Shown in pieces: positions 18,615-29,577 of a DNA stretch of 64,000 nt. The DNA comes from an uncultured Synergistales bacterium (GTDB lineage: Bacteria > Synergistota > Synergistia > Synergistales > Aminobacteriaceae): assembly GCA_937897575.1 (NCBI GenBank), contig CALCQG010000067.1:1-64000 (forward strand), in the 5' to 3' direction. A program made the position numbers and the translations under genes. Numbering within the stretch: position 1 is the stretch's first letter; the number at the start of each line of letters is the position of its first letter. The notes under the pieces were generated by a model. The model was not told where the DNA came from, ran no database searches, and saw nothing but the letters and a program-made list of their open reading frames with translations.

Positions 18615-20324
18615 ATGAAGAGAAGATTGTGCTCGGCCGTTCTCACGCTCTTCGCCCTTGCTCTGTTCGCCTCGCACGTCGGCGCCGCCACGCTGGACGT
18701 CGTCCCCGCCTATCCGGACACCGCGGAGGTTCTCGTCCTGCATCTCGACAACCCGGACAGCCTGCTTGCCCGGATCGAGAACTCCTACTTCTTCCGGAAC
18801 ATGGCGACCCTCGCCCCGGAGCTCGCTCTCGCCTCGGAGGTCATGAAGAACGCCTCCGTGACTGACATCACCGTCGCGGCGAAGTTCGAGGGCGATGCGC
18901 AGGCCGTCTCCGGCGCCGTGCAGTTCAAGGAGGACAAACAGGGCATCCTGGACAAGCTCGCCGCCGGAGGCACCATCGACGCCGCCGAGATCGACGCCCT
19001 CCTCGGTTTCCCGACGGATGGCGGTGTGACCCTCAAGCACCAGGACGGGACCGTCTACGCCATCGAGGGCGGAATGCTGCCGCCCCTCGTCGTGTCGCCC
19101 GAGGGCGGAATGCTCCTCTTCGGGGCGACAAGGGACGACCTCGACCAGGCCAGGTCCGCCCTGGCGGACGGTACGAAGAGACTGACGGTCCAGAGGGCGC
19201 TGCCCCAGAAGTCCTATTTCTACTTCAGGGATAGCGGTACTGTGGCCGACGAGATCGTCAAGGAGTCCCGCGGCTCCCTCCGCGCGTCGGGCGAGAAGCT
19301 TTTCTTCGAAGCGGCCCTGGACCCCGCCGACGACGGCTATCATCTGTCCGTCTTCACCAACGCGGCGCGGGTCTTCTCAGAGAACCAAGAAAAACCCGCC
19401 TCCACCGGCACTCGTCAAGCCGCTCCCTCTGCAGACAAACCCTGGCTCGCTGCGGCGTCCGTCCTCTCCAACATGGCGAACGCCGTCTCGGGGGCCGACG
19501 GCCAGAAGGCCACGCCCCTCACGAAGGACGAGCGTCTTCTCATGGGCTCGGGGACACCCTGGTTCTCTCTCGTGGGGCGGACCATGCTCCAGAAGAGCAC
19601 TCTGCAGGCCATACGGGACGCCGTTGCGGCCGGTGACGAGGATATGAGAGACATCGTCCAGGCCCTCGACGTGGCGAAATCCTACGGCATCGACGACGAC
19701 GCCATCGTCTCCATCCTGAAATCCGTGGGCATGGTCCTCGGCGGTTTCACCTCCGTGGGAGGAAATCCTCTGCAGGGCGGCTACATCCACGTGTCCGGCG
19801 AGAAGAAGGACATCGACCTCCTCGCCCCCATCATCGAGAAGGCGACCACGGCGAGCGGCTTCCCCTTCCAGAGCGTCGCCGAACCCGGCTGGACCGTGCT
19901 CTACACCCTGAACGAACCCGTGGGCTGCGTCGTCGGCATCAAGGACAACACGGCCGTGCTCGGACTCCTTAACCCCGATGCCCCGCGCTCCGTACCGACC
20001 CTGGCGTCGAGGATGGCAAACCTCTACGAGAAGGAGGACCTTCTCATGTTCCTGAACCTGGACGGCAAGGAGTTCCGGAAGATGGTCATCGGCCTTCTGG
20101 ATCCCGACGGTATCTGGGGTGCCATGGTCGCCGGAGAGATGGGATCGGACATGCCGGCCCTCGTGGAGGGCCTGAAGTGCCTGGCCGAGCTCGACGCCCT
20201 GGAGATCCGAGCCACGAGCATGGACCGGCTCGACCTGTCGCTCTACACCATGAACCCGGACCAGCAGGAGCTCGACAAGCTGACGACCATCGGCCAGAAG
20301 TGGGCCGCGTCGCAGGGGAACTGA
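18615..20324 (+). CDS. Exported hypothetical protein
   Basis: RBS AAGGAGG; signal peptide MKRRLCSAVL...VGA; 569 aa. Confidence 0.8.
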   Translation: MKRRLCSAVLTLFALALFASHVGAATLDVVPAYPDTAEVLVLHLDNPDSLLARIENSYFFRNMATLAPELALASEVMKNASVTDITVAAKFEGDAQAVSGAVQFKEDKQGILDKLAAGGTIDAAEIDALLGFPTDGGVTLKHQDGTVYAIEGGMLPPLVVSPEGGMLLFGATRDDLDQARSALADGTKRLTVQRALPQKSYFYFRDSGTVADEIVKESRGSLRASGEKLFFEAALDPADDGYHLSVFTNAARVFSENQEKPASTGTRQAAPSADKPWLAAASVLSNMANAVSGADGQKATPLTKDERLLMGSGTPWFSLVGRTMLQKSTLQAIRDAVAAGDEDMRDIVQALDVAKSYGIDDDAIVSILKSVGMVLGGFTSVGGNPLQGGYIHVSGEKKDIDLLAPIIEKATTASGFPFQSVAEPGWTVLYTLNEPVGCVVGIKDNTAVLGLLNPDAPRSVPTLASRMANLYEKEDLLMFLNLDGKEFRKMVIGLLDPDGIWGAMVAGEMGSDMPALVEGLKCLAELDALEIRATSMDRLDLSLYTMNPDQQELDKLTTIGQKWAASQGN

Positions 20325-20390
20325 ACCGAAGAACCCGCTGAAGTAAAACCCTCTCCGTTTCATCAAGGAGAAAAGACCGGTGATACCAAG

Positions 20391-20425
20391 GAGGGCTCCG
20401 CATCGTTGAGGCGGAGCCCTCTTTT
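20391..20425 (+). terminator. Intrinsic terminator
   Basis: GAGGGCTCCGC / GCGGAGCCCTC followed by TTTT. Confidence 0.75.
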
Positions 20426-21090
20426 GAGTATTTCAAACCATCCTTGTATCACTTTGTGTCAATACGCACCCAACTATAAATGCATCCCTTAGAGTAAGGA
20501 TGGGACGATGTTGTCCTTTACGGTACGCCTGAGAAAAAGCAGACGACAGTATCTTCGAAAGAGCATGACCATGACCACATACATGAAAAGGACAAAAAAA
20601 CTGTACGACCCTGCCCATTGAGCTCGACCACGACGAATACAAGATATTCAGAAGTTTTCTGAACATCCTTCCCATCAACGAGAAGTAATTTCTCTCCTAG
20701 GAAAAACCAACATCATTTTCTTAGGATGAAATGAGACGAGTTTTCTTTGGCGAACTTTCTATTCCGAGTGAGACCGGCATAGAAAATCGATTGTATATGC
20801 TCTCCCTACCTATGCGGACTTCTTATCTTTGTGTAAGACTGAGCCAGATTCGTTCGTGAATGCATGGGTCGAAACCATTTTGGATTCTCTTGAGAAACTG
20901 CTGACTCAGGTATGCAACACCAGCAACTTTGCAACTTCATCCGATGAAAGTAAACTCATACTACTCGGAACTCAATAAAAGATAAACTGCGGAATCGATA
21001 TAACATATTGGCTTATATATGCTATTATCCGAATTAAAAGTCGGCCTGAAATATTCGAGTCACACATCTCAAAAGAAAGTAGGTGGGAGT

Positions 21091-22497
21091 ATGAAGCTGA
21101 CGTTCGCGTTCTACTGTGTCATCGGGTATCTGATTGCAGTCACTCTGGCGGGGCTTTATTATGCGCGAAAGGTAAAGACGGATGAGGATTACTCGGTTGC
21201 GGGGCGTTCTTTGCCCACCATCGTCCTTATCGGAACACTTATGGCGACCTGGATGGGGGCGGGGACCGTACTCGGCGGACCGGCGGCGACGGGGTACCAG
21301 TTCGGTATTTTCGCGGCGGTGGCGTTCTCTCTGGGCTCTCCCGTCGGACAACTTATTCTTACATTCATCGCAAAACGGATTCGGAGATTGAACGCCCAAA
21401 CCGTCCCTGAGGTCATTGAACTCGTCTACGGCCCATTCGCCCGGATCATCGCCACCATCATCATAGCCCTTGCGTATATTGGGATCGTGGCGTATCAGTA
21501 TCAGGGCGTCGGACTCATTCTGAACTCCATTCTTGGAATCCCCGTACAGATGGGGACACTGATCGCGTTTGGGGTCATCGTGGTAACCGCTCTGTTCGGT
21601 GGTCTGTACTCTGTGGCCTATACGGATTTTCTAAGCTGCATCATGATGATGGCCGGGCTTATTATCGGCGTTCCTATGGCCATCTCTATGGCTGGAGGAT
21701 GGAGCTGGGTGGTCGCTAACGTGCCTCCGACTCATTTTCAGGTCGGTGGCGTGACTTTCACCCAGCTTCTGGGATTTTTCTTCCCTGTCTTTTTCTACGT
21801 CATGGGTGACCAGAACATGTATCAGCGGTTCTTCGCGGCACGAGACGAGGAGACGGCGAGAAAAAGCGGCCTCGGGTGGATGATAGGCTGTCTCATAACG
21901 TATCTTTTCGTTGCGGCGGGATCGATAACGGCCAGGGCACTGTATCCAGACATCCCAGCCGCCCAGTCTTTCGTCCATCTCGCGAGCCACGGAATGCCCA
22001 CCGTCATCGGTGGCATTTGCGTGGCGGCCATTGCCGCCTTCATCATCACGACGGCAAACTCCTTTCTCCTTTCAGTAGGGGTCAATGTGAGCTGGGATGT
22101 CTACTCCCGATTCATCAACCGACAGGCCTCCACGGAGAGAAAACTGTTTGTCTCCCGTGCGAGCGTTTTGGGGCTGGGGATACTGGCGTACGTGGTGATC
22201 CAATACTTCCCGGAGCTCCTGATCCTTCAGCAGTACACCTACACCATGTACGGAGCGGCCATCACGCCGGTGCTCATCGCGGCAGTCATCTGGCCTCACA
22301 GGGTGACAGTGGCGGGAGGGGTGACCTCCATCCTCACGGGGGGCATCGTGACCATCGCCTGGGAGATCGCGAAGCGGAACGGATGGGCCGTCGCGAAGAC
22401 ATATCCGGCCGTGCTGATTGCGGCTCCTCTGGCCATAGCGGCTCTGTTGTTCCTCCAAAAGAAAGGCTCCACGAATACGACAAGCGAGGTGAAATAA
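21091..22497 (+). CDS. Sodium:solute symporter (SSS) family transporter
   Basis: DYSVAGRSL, ATWMGAG, GGLYSVAYTD, DQNMYQRFFAARD; many TM helices. Confidence 0.92.
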   Translation: MKLTFAFYCVIGYLIAVTLAGLYYARKVKTDEDYSVAGRSLPTIVLIGTLMATWMGAGTVLGGPAATGYQFGIFAAVAFSLGSPVGQLILTFIAKRIRRLNAQTVPEVIELVYGPFARIIATIIIALAYIGIVAYQYQGVGLILNSILGIPVQMGTLIAFGVIVVTALFGGLYSVAYTDFLSCIMMMAGLIIGVPMAISMAGGWSWVVANVPPTHFQVGGVTFTQLLGFFFPVFFYVMGDQNMYQRFFAARDEETARKSGLGWMIGCLITYLFVAAGSITARALYPDIPAAQSFVHLASHGMPTVIGGICVAAIAAFIITTANSFLLSVGVNVSWDVYSRFINRQASTERKLFVSRASVLGLGILAYVVIQYFPELLILQQYTYTMYGAAITPVLIAAVIWPHRVTVAGGVTSILTGGIVTIAWEIAKRNGWAVAKTYPAVLIAAPLAIAALLFLQKKGSTNTTSEVK

Positions 22498-22498
22498 G

Positions 22499-23722
22499 AT
22501 GTCCCGAATCCTCTTTAAAAACGCCTGCCTCCTCGATTGCACGGGAAAAGACCCTGTGGATGGGGCCTGGGTCCTTGTCGAAGACGGGCTCATTGCTGAA
22601 GTCGGTCAGGGAAAATCGCCCCGGTCAAAAATCGACGAAACGGTGGACTGCGGAGGAAAATGGCTCATGCCTGGCCTCATCGACGGCCACATTCACGCCT
22701 CCCTGTTCACAAACGATCTGTCCGACCTCCATCGAAAATACCTGCCATCAACAGGGTGCTTTATGGCTGCGGGGATCTTGAAGGACACGCTCCTCCAGGG
22801 TTTCACTACCGTTCGCGATGCCGGGGGAATCGACGCAGGTTTCCGAGTTGCTCAGGCAATGGGATTGATCACCTCTCCCAGACTTCAGGTCTGTGGCCGC
22901 TCCATCACCATGACAGGTGGACATGCCGATCCTCGTCTGCCTTCGGAACTCTGCCCGCCCGTGACCGAGGGGATGCTTGGCGTTGTGGCCGATGGAGTGG
23001 ATGAGGTGCGGAAAGCGGCAAGAGAACAGCTTCGACGGGGGGCAGACTACATCAAAATCATGGCGGGGGGAGGGTGCGCCAGCCCGGCGGATGAACCGGA
23101 TACCGTCCAGTATTCTCCGGAGGAGATCTCCGCCATAGTCTACGAGGCGACGGCGGCGGGAAAGACCGTCCTCTCCCACAACTACTCCAACAGAAGCATG
23201 CAGCTTTGCGCCGAGTGCGGGGTGCACAGCATCGAGCATGGAAACTACCTGGACAGGAAGACCGCGAAGGTATTGAAAAAACATGGCTGTTGGCTGGTCC
23301 CCACCATGGCCACCTACGAGATCATGTCCGCTCGGGGCGAGGAGTTCGGCCTTCCCGCCTACTTCCTGAGGAAGATGAAGGAGGTACGGGAACATTCGGA
23401 GAACGCGCTCGCCATCGCCGTGGACGAAGGGCTTAAAATCGGATCCGGTTCCGACGTGGTCGGTTCGGGGCAACCCTATAAGGCCTTGGAGATCGAGCTG
23501 AAGGCCAAGGTCATGGGAGCCATGGGCGCCATCCTCTGTACGACGAAGAACAATGCCGAACTGATGGGGATGGAGAAAAAGATAGGCTCCGTGGAGGCCG
23601 GGAAATACGCGGATCTCCTCGTGGTGCGGAAGGACCCTCTGAAGGACGTCCGCATATTCCAGGATCGCGACAACCTGGCAGTTATCATGCAGGGAGGGCA
23701 ATTCATCAAAAACACCCTGTAA
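22499..23722 (+). CDS. Metal-dependent amidohydrolase (Xaa-Pro dipeptidase/prolidase-like)
   Basis: LMPGLIDGHIH, GFTTVRDAGG, IKIMAGGG, SIEHG, GSD, GSVEAGKYADLLVV. Confidence 0.9.
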   Translation: MSRILFKNACLLDCTGKDPVDGAWVLVEDGLIAEVGQGKSPRSKIDETVDCGGKWLMPGLIDGHIHASLFTNDLSDLHRKYLPSTGCFMAAGILKDTLLQGFTTVRDAGGIDAGFRVAQAMGLITSPRLQVCGRSITMTGGHADPRLPSELCPPVTEGMLGVVADGVDEVRKAAREQLRRGADYIKIMAGGGCASPADEPDTVQYSPEEISAIVYEATAAGKTVLSHNYSNRSMQLCAECGVHSIEHGNYLDRKTAKVLKKHGCWLVPTMATYEIMSARGEEFGLPAYFLRKMKEVREHSENALAIAVDEGLKIGSGSDVVGSGQPYKALEIELKAKVMGAMGAILCTTKNNAELMGMEKKIGSVEAGKYADLLVVRKDPLKDVRIFQDRDNLAVIMQGGQFIKNTL

Positions 23723-24074
23723 CCGCAGAAGAAAACTGAGAGCGATGAGGGTGACGCGGATGCTCTCCCGTCACCCTTTTTCGTCCCTTTCCGCTCCGCG
23801 TTTCGCCAAAAACGCTCCGGTGTCAAACGAGCCGAATGAACGATATCCGGTACATTGAGGAAGGCGTTCATGTTTCGCGGCCGTTGAACGGGATGTTGCA
23901 GCCCGCGAGTGTGCCTCTCAAAGAGTGGGAAAATGGACTCTGACTGACGTAGGTCAACCTCCCGAGGCAGAACCCGATCCTTTCCTGATGACAGAGCACC
24001 TCAGGGCATACCACGGCCACCGCATAGCACACGGTCAGCAGTGTGCCGGCAACGACCTGTTTACTCAGTCCCTC

Positions 24075-25055
24075 TCACGCCATGCGTGCCGCCCCATGCC
24101 CCACGGCGGGGAGAAGGTCGTGGATGTTCTCCGCTTTGCCTGGAAAGGCGGAGAGCGCCTCGAAGCTCAGAGTCCACACCTCGGCGGGAAGAACGGGGCC
24201 GGTGAGCGCCTCTCCGTAGGAGGCCAGGCGTTTCGCCAGGGAGGCCGCCTCCTCGTCCCGGTCGAAGACGAAGAGCATCCAGTTGATGCCGTCCTGATCG
24301 TGGCTGTCCTTGTCCATGTACCCGGGGAGGATCATCCTCCGGCACACCTCCAGGACGAGGTGGAACCGCCCTACGGCCCGAAGGTACGGGGCGTCCTCTC
24401 CTGTCACCGGAGCCTCCATGCAGAAGAATCGGTCGGCGTTCAGCAATCGCCAGGTGTCCCCCGGGGGCGAGGTGAAGTCCTCGTAGTCCTTGTAGTCGTA
24501 CCGGCTCAGGTGGAGGAGATCGGGGATAAAGCGCTCCGGCACGGCACCATTTTTTCTAAACCATTTTTCGACGGTATCGGCGGGAAGCGGAGGGTTCCCT
24601 CTCGCCGCCAGCCCGGTCACCGGGAAATCCTCCCTCATGGACCGCACTAGGGGGTGGAACGGCCAGAGCCATTGCAGCCCCTCCCCGACGGAGAAGAGCT
24701 CTTTGTCGTCAAGCTCGGGGATGAGGAACTCCGCCTTCGGAAGGTACTCCTTGAGCCCCCACCGTTGCAGGTGTTTGCCGTCGAGCAGCAGCCTCAGCTT
24801 CGTCGCGAAGATGCTCCTGCGGAGGTCTTCCGGGCGCTCACCCGGCGCTCCGTCGAAGAAACACTCCCTCGCCTCCGCCCGAAACGCTGCAGCGCCCTTC
24901 TCCGTGAGAAAGTACGTCTCGCCGGAGCGGTCCAAGAGTCCGTCGCGACAGAGGGCCTCCAGTCCGTCGCCGTCCTCCCCCGCCATGGAGACGAGCTCCT
25001 TCGTCCAACAGGGGGCGGATTCGCTGAAAAGGAGCAGGACCTCTCCATACATCAT
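24075..25055 (-). CDS. Hypothetical protein with possible N-terminal winged helix
   Basis: RBS AAGGAGGTGA; GLL...YFLTEKG wing motif; host-like codon usage. Confidence 0.7.
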   Translation of the reverse strand: MMYGEVLLLFSESAPCWTKELVSMAGEDGDGLEALCRDGLLDRSGETYFLTEKGAAAFRAEARECFFDGAPGERPEDLRRSIFATKLRLLLDGKHLQRWGLKEYLPKAEFLIPELDDKELFSVGEGLQWLWPFHPLVRSMREDFPVTGLAARGNPPLPADTVEKWFRKNGAVPERFIPDLLHLSRYDYKDYEDFTSPPGDTWRLLNADRFFCMEAPVTGEDAPYLRAVGRFHLVLEVCRRMILPGYMDKDSHDQDGINWMLFVFDRDEEAASLAKRLASYGEALTGPVLPAEVWTLSFEALSAFPGKAENIHDLLPAVGHGAARMA

Positions 25056-25118
25056 TGAAATCACCTCCTTTTCTCGCATTGTATCCCCTCCTCAGGGAGG
25101 ATACAATAAGGGCATCCC

Positions 25119-25652
25119 ATGCAAAGGAGTGATGGAACACTGGAAGAGCTCGCGCGGCTCTTTGCCGAGAAATGCCACGGTCGCATCGATCAGCGCCGGA
25201 AGTACACCGGCGAACCCTATATCGTCCACCCCGCCGCGGTGGTGGAGACAGTGCGGTCCGTCCCCCACACCGAGGCCATGCTCTGCGCCGCGTGGCTCCA
25301 CGACGTGGTGGAGGACACGGGCGTCACCCTCGCGGAGGTGGAGCGGGCGTTCGGCGCCGAGGTGGCGTCCCTCGTGGAGATGCTCACCGACCCATCCTGC
25401 CCCGACGACGGCAACAGGGAGCGGAGGAAAGCCATCGACCGGGAGCACACCGCCCAAGCCTCCCGGGAGGCGAAGACGATCAAGCTGGCGGACCTCCTGG
25501 ACAACACCAAGACCATCCTTGAACGGGACCCGGACTTCGCCAGGGTATACATGGCGGAAAAGGAACTGCTCCTCGACAGTCTGAAGGAGGGGGACCCCAC
25601 CCTCTGGAAGAGAGCGCGGGAGCAGGTGGACCGATACAAAGACGCTCTGTAA
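25119..25652 (+). CDS. HD-domain protein, small alarmone hydrolase (SpoT/Mesh1-like)
   Basis: QRRKYTGEPYIVHP, AAWLHDVVEDT, FGAEVASLVEMLTD, IKLADLLDN. Confidence 0.88.
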   Translation: MQRSDGTLEELARLFAEKCHGRIDQRRKYTGEPYIVHPAAVVETVRSVPHTEAMLCAAWLHDVVEDTGVTLAEVERAFGAEVASLVEMLTDPSCPDDGNRERRKAIDREHTAQASREAKTIKLADLLDNTKTILERDPDFARVYMAEKELLLDSLKEGDPTLWKRAREQVDRYKDAL

Positions 25653-25770
25653 ATTCCCCAGCGCCGTACAAACACGCCCCTTAGAAGGCAACGCGCTTTT
25701 TGAGAGGACTTCCCCGGCACTCCAGCAATTTCCCCGCACCGCCCCGCCCTGAGCATTCGTCTCCCCGCCG

Positions 25771-26859
<1,089 letters not shown>

Positions 26860-26863
26860 GGTT

Positions 26864-27193
26864 TTATCCCTGCATGTTCTCCCGAATCAGCGTGACCACC
26901 TCGTCCACGGTGAGGACCTTCCCGACGGAGACCACCTTCTCCTTCACCACCAGCGCCGGCGTGCTCATGACGCCGTACATGGCGATCTCGGCGAAGTCCG
27001 TCACGTGATCCACCGCCTCGTCGAGTCCGAGCCGTCCGAGGGCGGTTTTCACGGACGCCTCGAGCTGGTTGCACTTGGCGCACCCGCTCCCCAGAATTTT
27101 GACCGTCGCCCCGGTGTTCTCGACCGGCGCGCCGGACGATCCGCGGCAGCAGGATGTCTCGTTTCTCTTCTTGTCCCGTCCGAACAGCCCCAT
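26864..27193 (-). CDS. Small redox-active disulfide (thioredoxin-like, TM0996/MTH895 type) protein
   Basis: VKILGSGCAKC, YGVMSTPALVV; RBS AAGGGGGAG. Confidence 0.88.
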   Translation of the reverse strand: MGLFGRDKKRNETSCCRGSSGAPVENTGATVKILGSGCAKCNQLEASVKTALGRLGLDEAVDHVTDFAEIAMYGVMSTPALVVKEKVVSVGKVLTVDEVVTLIRENMQG

Positions 27194-27222
27194 AGGGCAC
27201 TCCCCCTTGCGTGTAGTTTTTT

Positions 27223-28230
27223 TTACAGGAACAGATGCTGGAAACCGTTGAAGAAATATCCGACGAGGATGATCCCCGCCATGACGAGCCCGATGAAAAC
27301 GGCAAGAAGTTTCGGCTTCACGGCCTTTCGCAGCATGACGAGGGATGGCAGCGAGAGGGTCGTGACGGCCATCATGAAGGCGAGCACCGTGCCAAGCCCC
27401 GCTCCCTTGGCCAGCAGCCCCTCGGCGATGGGGATGGTCCCGAAGATGTCGGCGTACATGGGCGCCCCCACCGCGGCAGCCATCGGCACGGCGTACGGGT
27501 TGTCCCCGCCGAGGATTTTTTCGATCCACTCCCCCGGGATCACGTTGTGGATCACCGCACCGATTCCGACTCCGATGAAGATATAGGGAGCGACCTTTCG
27601 GACGGTGCAGCGAACCTGCTCCTTCGCGAACCGGACCCGATCCCCGCGGGTCATGGCGGCAGCCTCCGCCTCGGGCACCGCCCTGATCTTCCTGATGAAC
27701 TCCTCGATCTCCCCCTCCATATGAAGGCGCTCTATGAGGCTCCCTCCGACGATGGCCACCACAAGGCCAAGCCCGACGTAGGCGAGGGCGACCTTCGCGC
27801 CGAAGATGCTCATGAGCAGCACGAGGGACCCCAGGTCCACCATGGGAGACGAGATGAGGAAGGAGAAGGTGACCCCGAGGGACAGCCCGGCGCTTGTGAA
27901 ACCGATGAACAGGGGGATGGAGGAACAGGAGCAAAAAGGGGTCACCGTCCCGAGAAGAGCCCCCACGGTGTTGGCTCCCAGCCCGCGGAACCGCCCCAGA
28001 ATCCTTCGGCTCCGCTCCGGAGGAAAGTAGCTCTGGATGTACGAGATGCCGAAGATCAGGACGGACAGCAGAAAGAAGATCTTGACGGTGTCGTAAATGA
28101 AGAACTGGAGGCTTCCTCCCAGCCGCCCCGAGATGTCGAACCCCGCGGCCGTCAGCAGAGAGCCTGCCAGTCCGTTCAGCCACTTCATCCCCAGAACCTG
28201 ATTCTGAAAGAATCCCCAGAGTGCCGCCAT
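27223..28230 (-). CDS. arsP: ArsP/DUF318-family permease
   Basis: TPFCSCSSIPLF, FLISSPMVD, PMYADIFG, TLSLPS; inside the ars cluster. Confidence 0.85.
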   Translation of the reverse strand: MAALWGFFQNQVLGMKWLNGLAGSLLTAAGFDISGRLGGSLQFFIYDTVKIFFLLSVLIFGISYIQSYFPPERSRRILGRFRGLGANTVGALLGTVTPFCSCSSIPLFIGFTSAGLSLGVTFSFLISSPMVDLGSLVLLMSIFGAKVALAYVGLGLVVAIVGGSLIERLHMEGEIEEFIRKIRAVPEAEAAAMTRGDRVRFAKEQVRCTVRKVAPYIFIGVGIGAVIHNVIPGEWIEKILGGDNPYAVPMAAAVGAPMYADIFGTIPIAEGLLAKGAGLGTVLAFMMAVTTLSLPSLVMLRKAVKPKLLAVFIGLVMAGIILVGYFFNGFQHLFL

Positions 28231-28242
28231 GATCGTCTCTCC

Positions 28243-28260
28243 TATCGATTTTTTTCGATA
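28243..28260. promoter_or_regulatory. Candidate ArsR operator upstream of arsP
   Basis: Perfect palindrome TATCGA-N6-TCGATA next to the arsP RBS; near-copy at 28730-28747. Confidence 0.6.
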
Positions 28261-28403
28261 TTTCCGCCCTGAAAAAAACCATCGAACGGACGATGGTCGT
28301 TTTCTCGCTCTAAGCTGCGCAACGCCCTGCCCCTGTGCGCTCTTCCCCCTGTTGCGGAGACGAGGAACGGACGGGACCCGTCCTTACCCGGCAGACCGGG
28401 CCT

Positions 28404-28685
28404 CTACTCCCCCAGAATGCCCTTCAGGAGCTCCAAAGCCCTGTCTGACCCCTCCTTGCTGATGCGGTAGTGCGTCCAGCGCCCTTCGACCCAGCTGTCG
28501 ACGATGCCCGAGTCGCAGAGGATTTTCATATGGTGGGACAGGGTGGACTGCCGGATGTTCAGGTCGGCGAGGAGTTCGCAGGCGCAGCGTTCGCTCTGTC
28601 GGAGCATGGCGAGGACCCTCAGCCGGTTGATGTCCGAGAAGGCCTTCATCGTCACCAGCTCTTCCTTGAAGTTCTTCAAACCCAT
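28404..28685 (-). CDS. arsR: ArsR/SmtB-family repressor
   Basis: KAFSDINRLRVL, ERCACEL, QSTLSHHMKIL; RBS GAGGTG. Confidence 0.92.
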   Translation of the reverse strand: MGLKNFKEELVTMKAFSDINRLRVLAMLRQSERCACELLADLNIRQSTLSHHMKILCDSGIVDSWVEGRWTHYRISKEGSDRALELLKGILGE

Positions 28686-28716
28686 CACCTCGCATCCACA
28701 TTTGCGCTCCGAGACT

Positions 28717-28747
28717 ACTCTAGAGCTCATATCGAAATTTGTCAATA
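28717..28747 (-). promoter_or_regulatory. arsR promoter with overlapping operator
   Basis: Minus strand TTGACA (28745-28740), 17 bp, TAGAGT (28722-28717); TATCGA-N6-TCAATA overlaps the -35. Confidence 0.65.
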
Positions 28748-28842
28748 TATATCCGCCATGAGGGGACGACCCAAGAGGGTGCGGTCGGTGCGCCTGCCTC
28801 TGCCGCCGGCGAAGGGCGGCGCGCTCCTCCCTCTCGGCTGGG

Positions 28843-29352
28843 CTACTCCACGAGCAGGAGGCCGAAGGCGGTCATCTCGTCCCCCCGGCCCTTCACCACG
28901 TCGATGTCGTAGCCGTTCGCCCGGACCGTGGCGAAGACGTCCACGCCGCAGGCCTCCATGGAGGGGATGGCCTTGCCGGGAAAACGGCAACCCTCCGGCG
29001 CGCAGGTCTCGCAGAGGGTGCACGGGCCGCTGCCGAGGGCGATGACCTTGTAGTACCCGTCCAAAAACAGCTCCCTGGCCGCAGCGACCACGATGTTCGA
29101 CGTCTCCGCCAGGGTCCGCCCCTCCACGAGGAGCGCCCGGGTATACTCGCCGAGGAGCTCCCTGGTCTCGCGGTAGGTGGGCGTGTTCGGCGGACAGCAG
29201 CGGTTTTTGCCGTAGGTCGGGCAGCCGAAGCGGCACTTGTGCCCCACCCATGCGGCCGTCACCACCGTCGCCGGATCGATCCACTTCGCGCGCACCGCGC
29301 CGAGCTCTTGAAGGCGCTTCACATAGTACTCCGCCAGCTTTTTCTCACTCAT
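28843..29352 (-). CDS. DUF2284-family Cys-rich metal-binding protein
   Basis: KCRFGCPTYG..CCPP, GPCTLCETC, CRFP..AIPSMEACGVDV. Confidence 0.85.
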   Translation of the reverse strand: MSEKKLAEYYVKRLQELGAVRAKWIDPATVVTAAWVGHKCRFGCPTYGKNRCCPPNTPTYRETRELLGEYTRALLVEGRTLAETSNIVVAAARELFLDGYYKVIALGSGPCTLCETCAPEGCRFPGKAIPSMEACGVDVFATVRANGYDIDVVKGRGDEMTAFGLLLVE

Positions 29353-29577
29353 GCCTCCGCCTCCGCTCCGCGACGAACAACGCCGCCTGGTCAGACCGCC
29401 AGGGGCGGCCCTCCGTCACACCTCTCTCGGGGCTCCTCTCCCGCACCGTCCGTTCATCCCCCCGGAGAAGCGTGTCGAGGGGCTGCGATATACCCCGTGA
29501 GGAAACTCCGCTCCCCTCTGCTCCGCAATGCCGAAGTCCGCGGCTTTTCCACAGTGTACCCTGTCCGCCGCTGCCCT

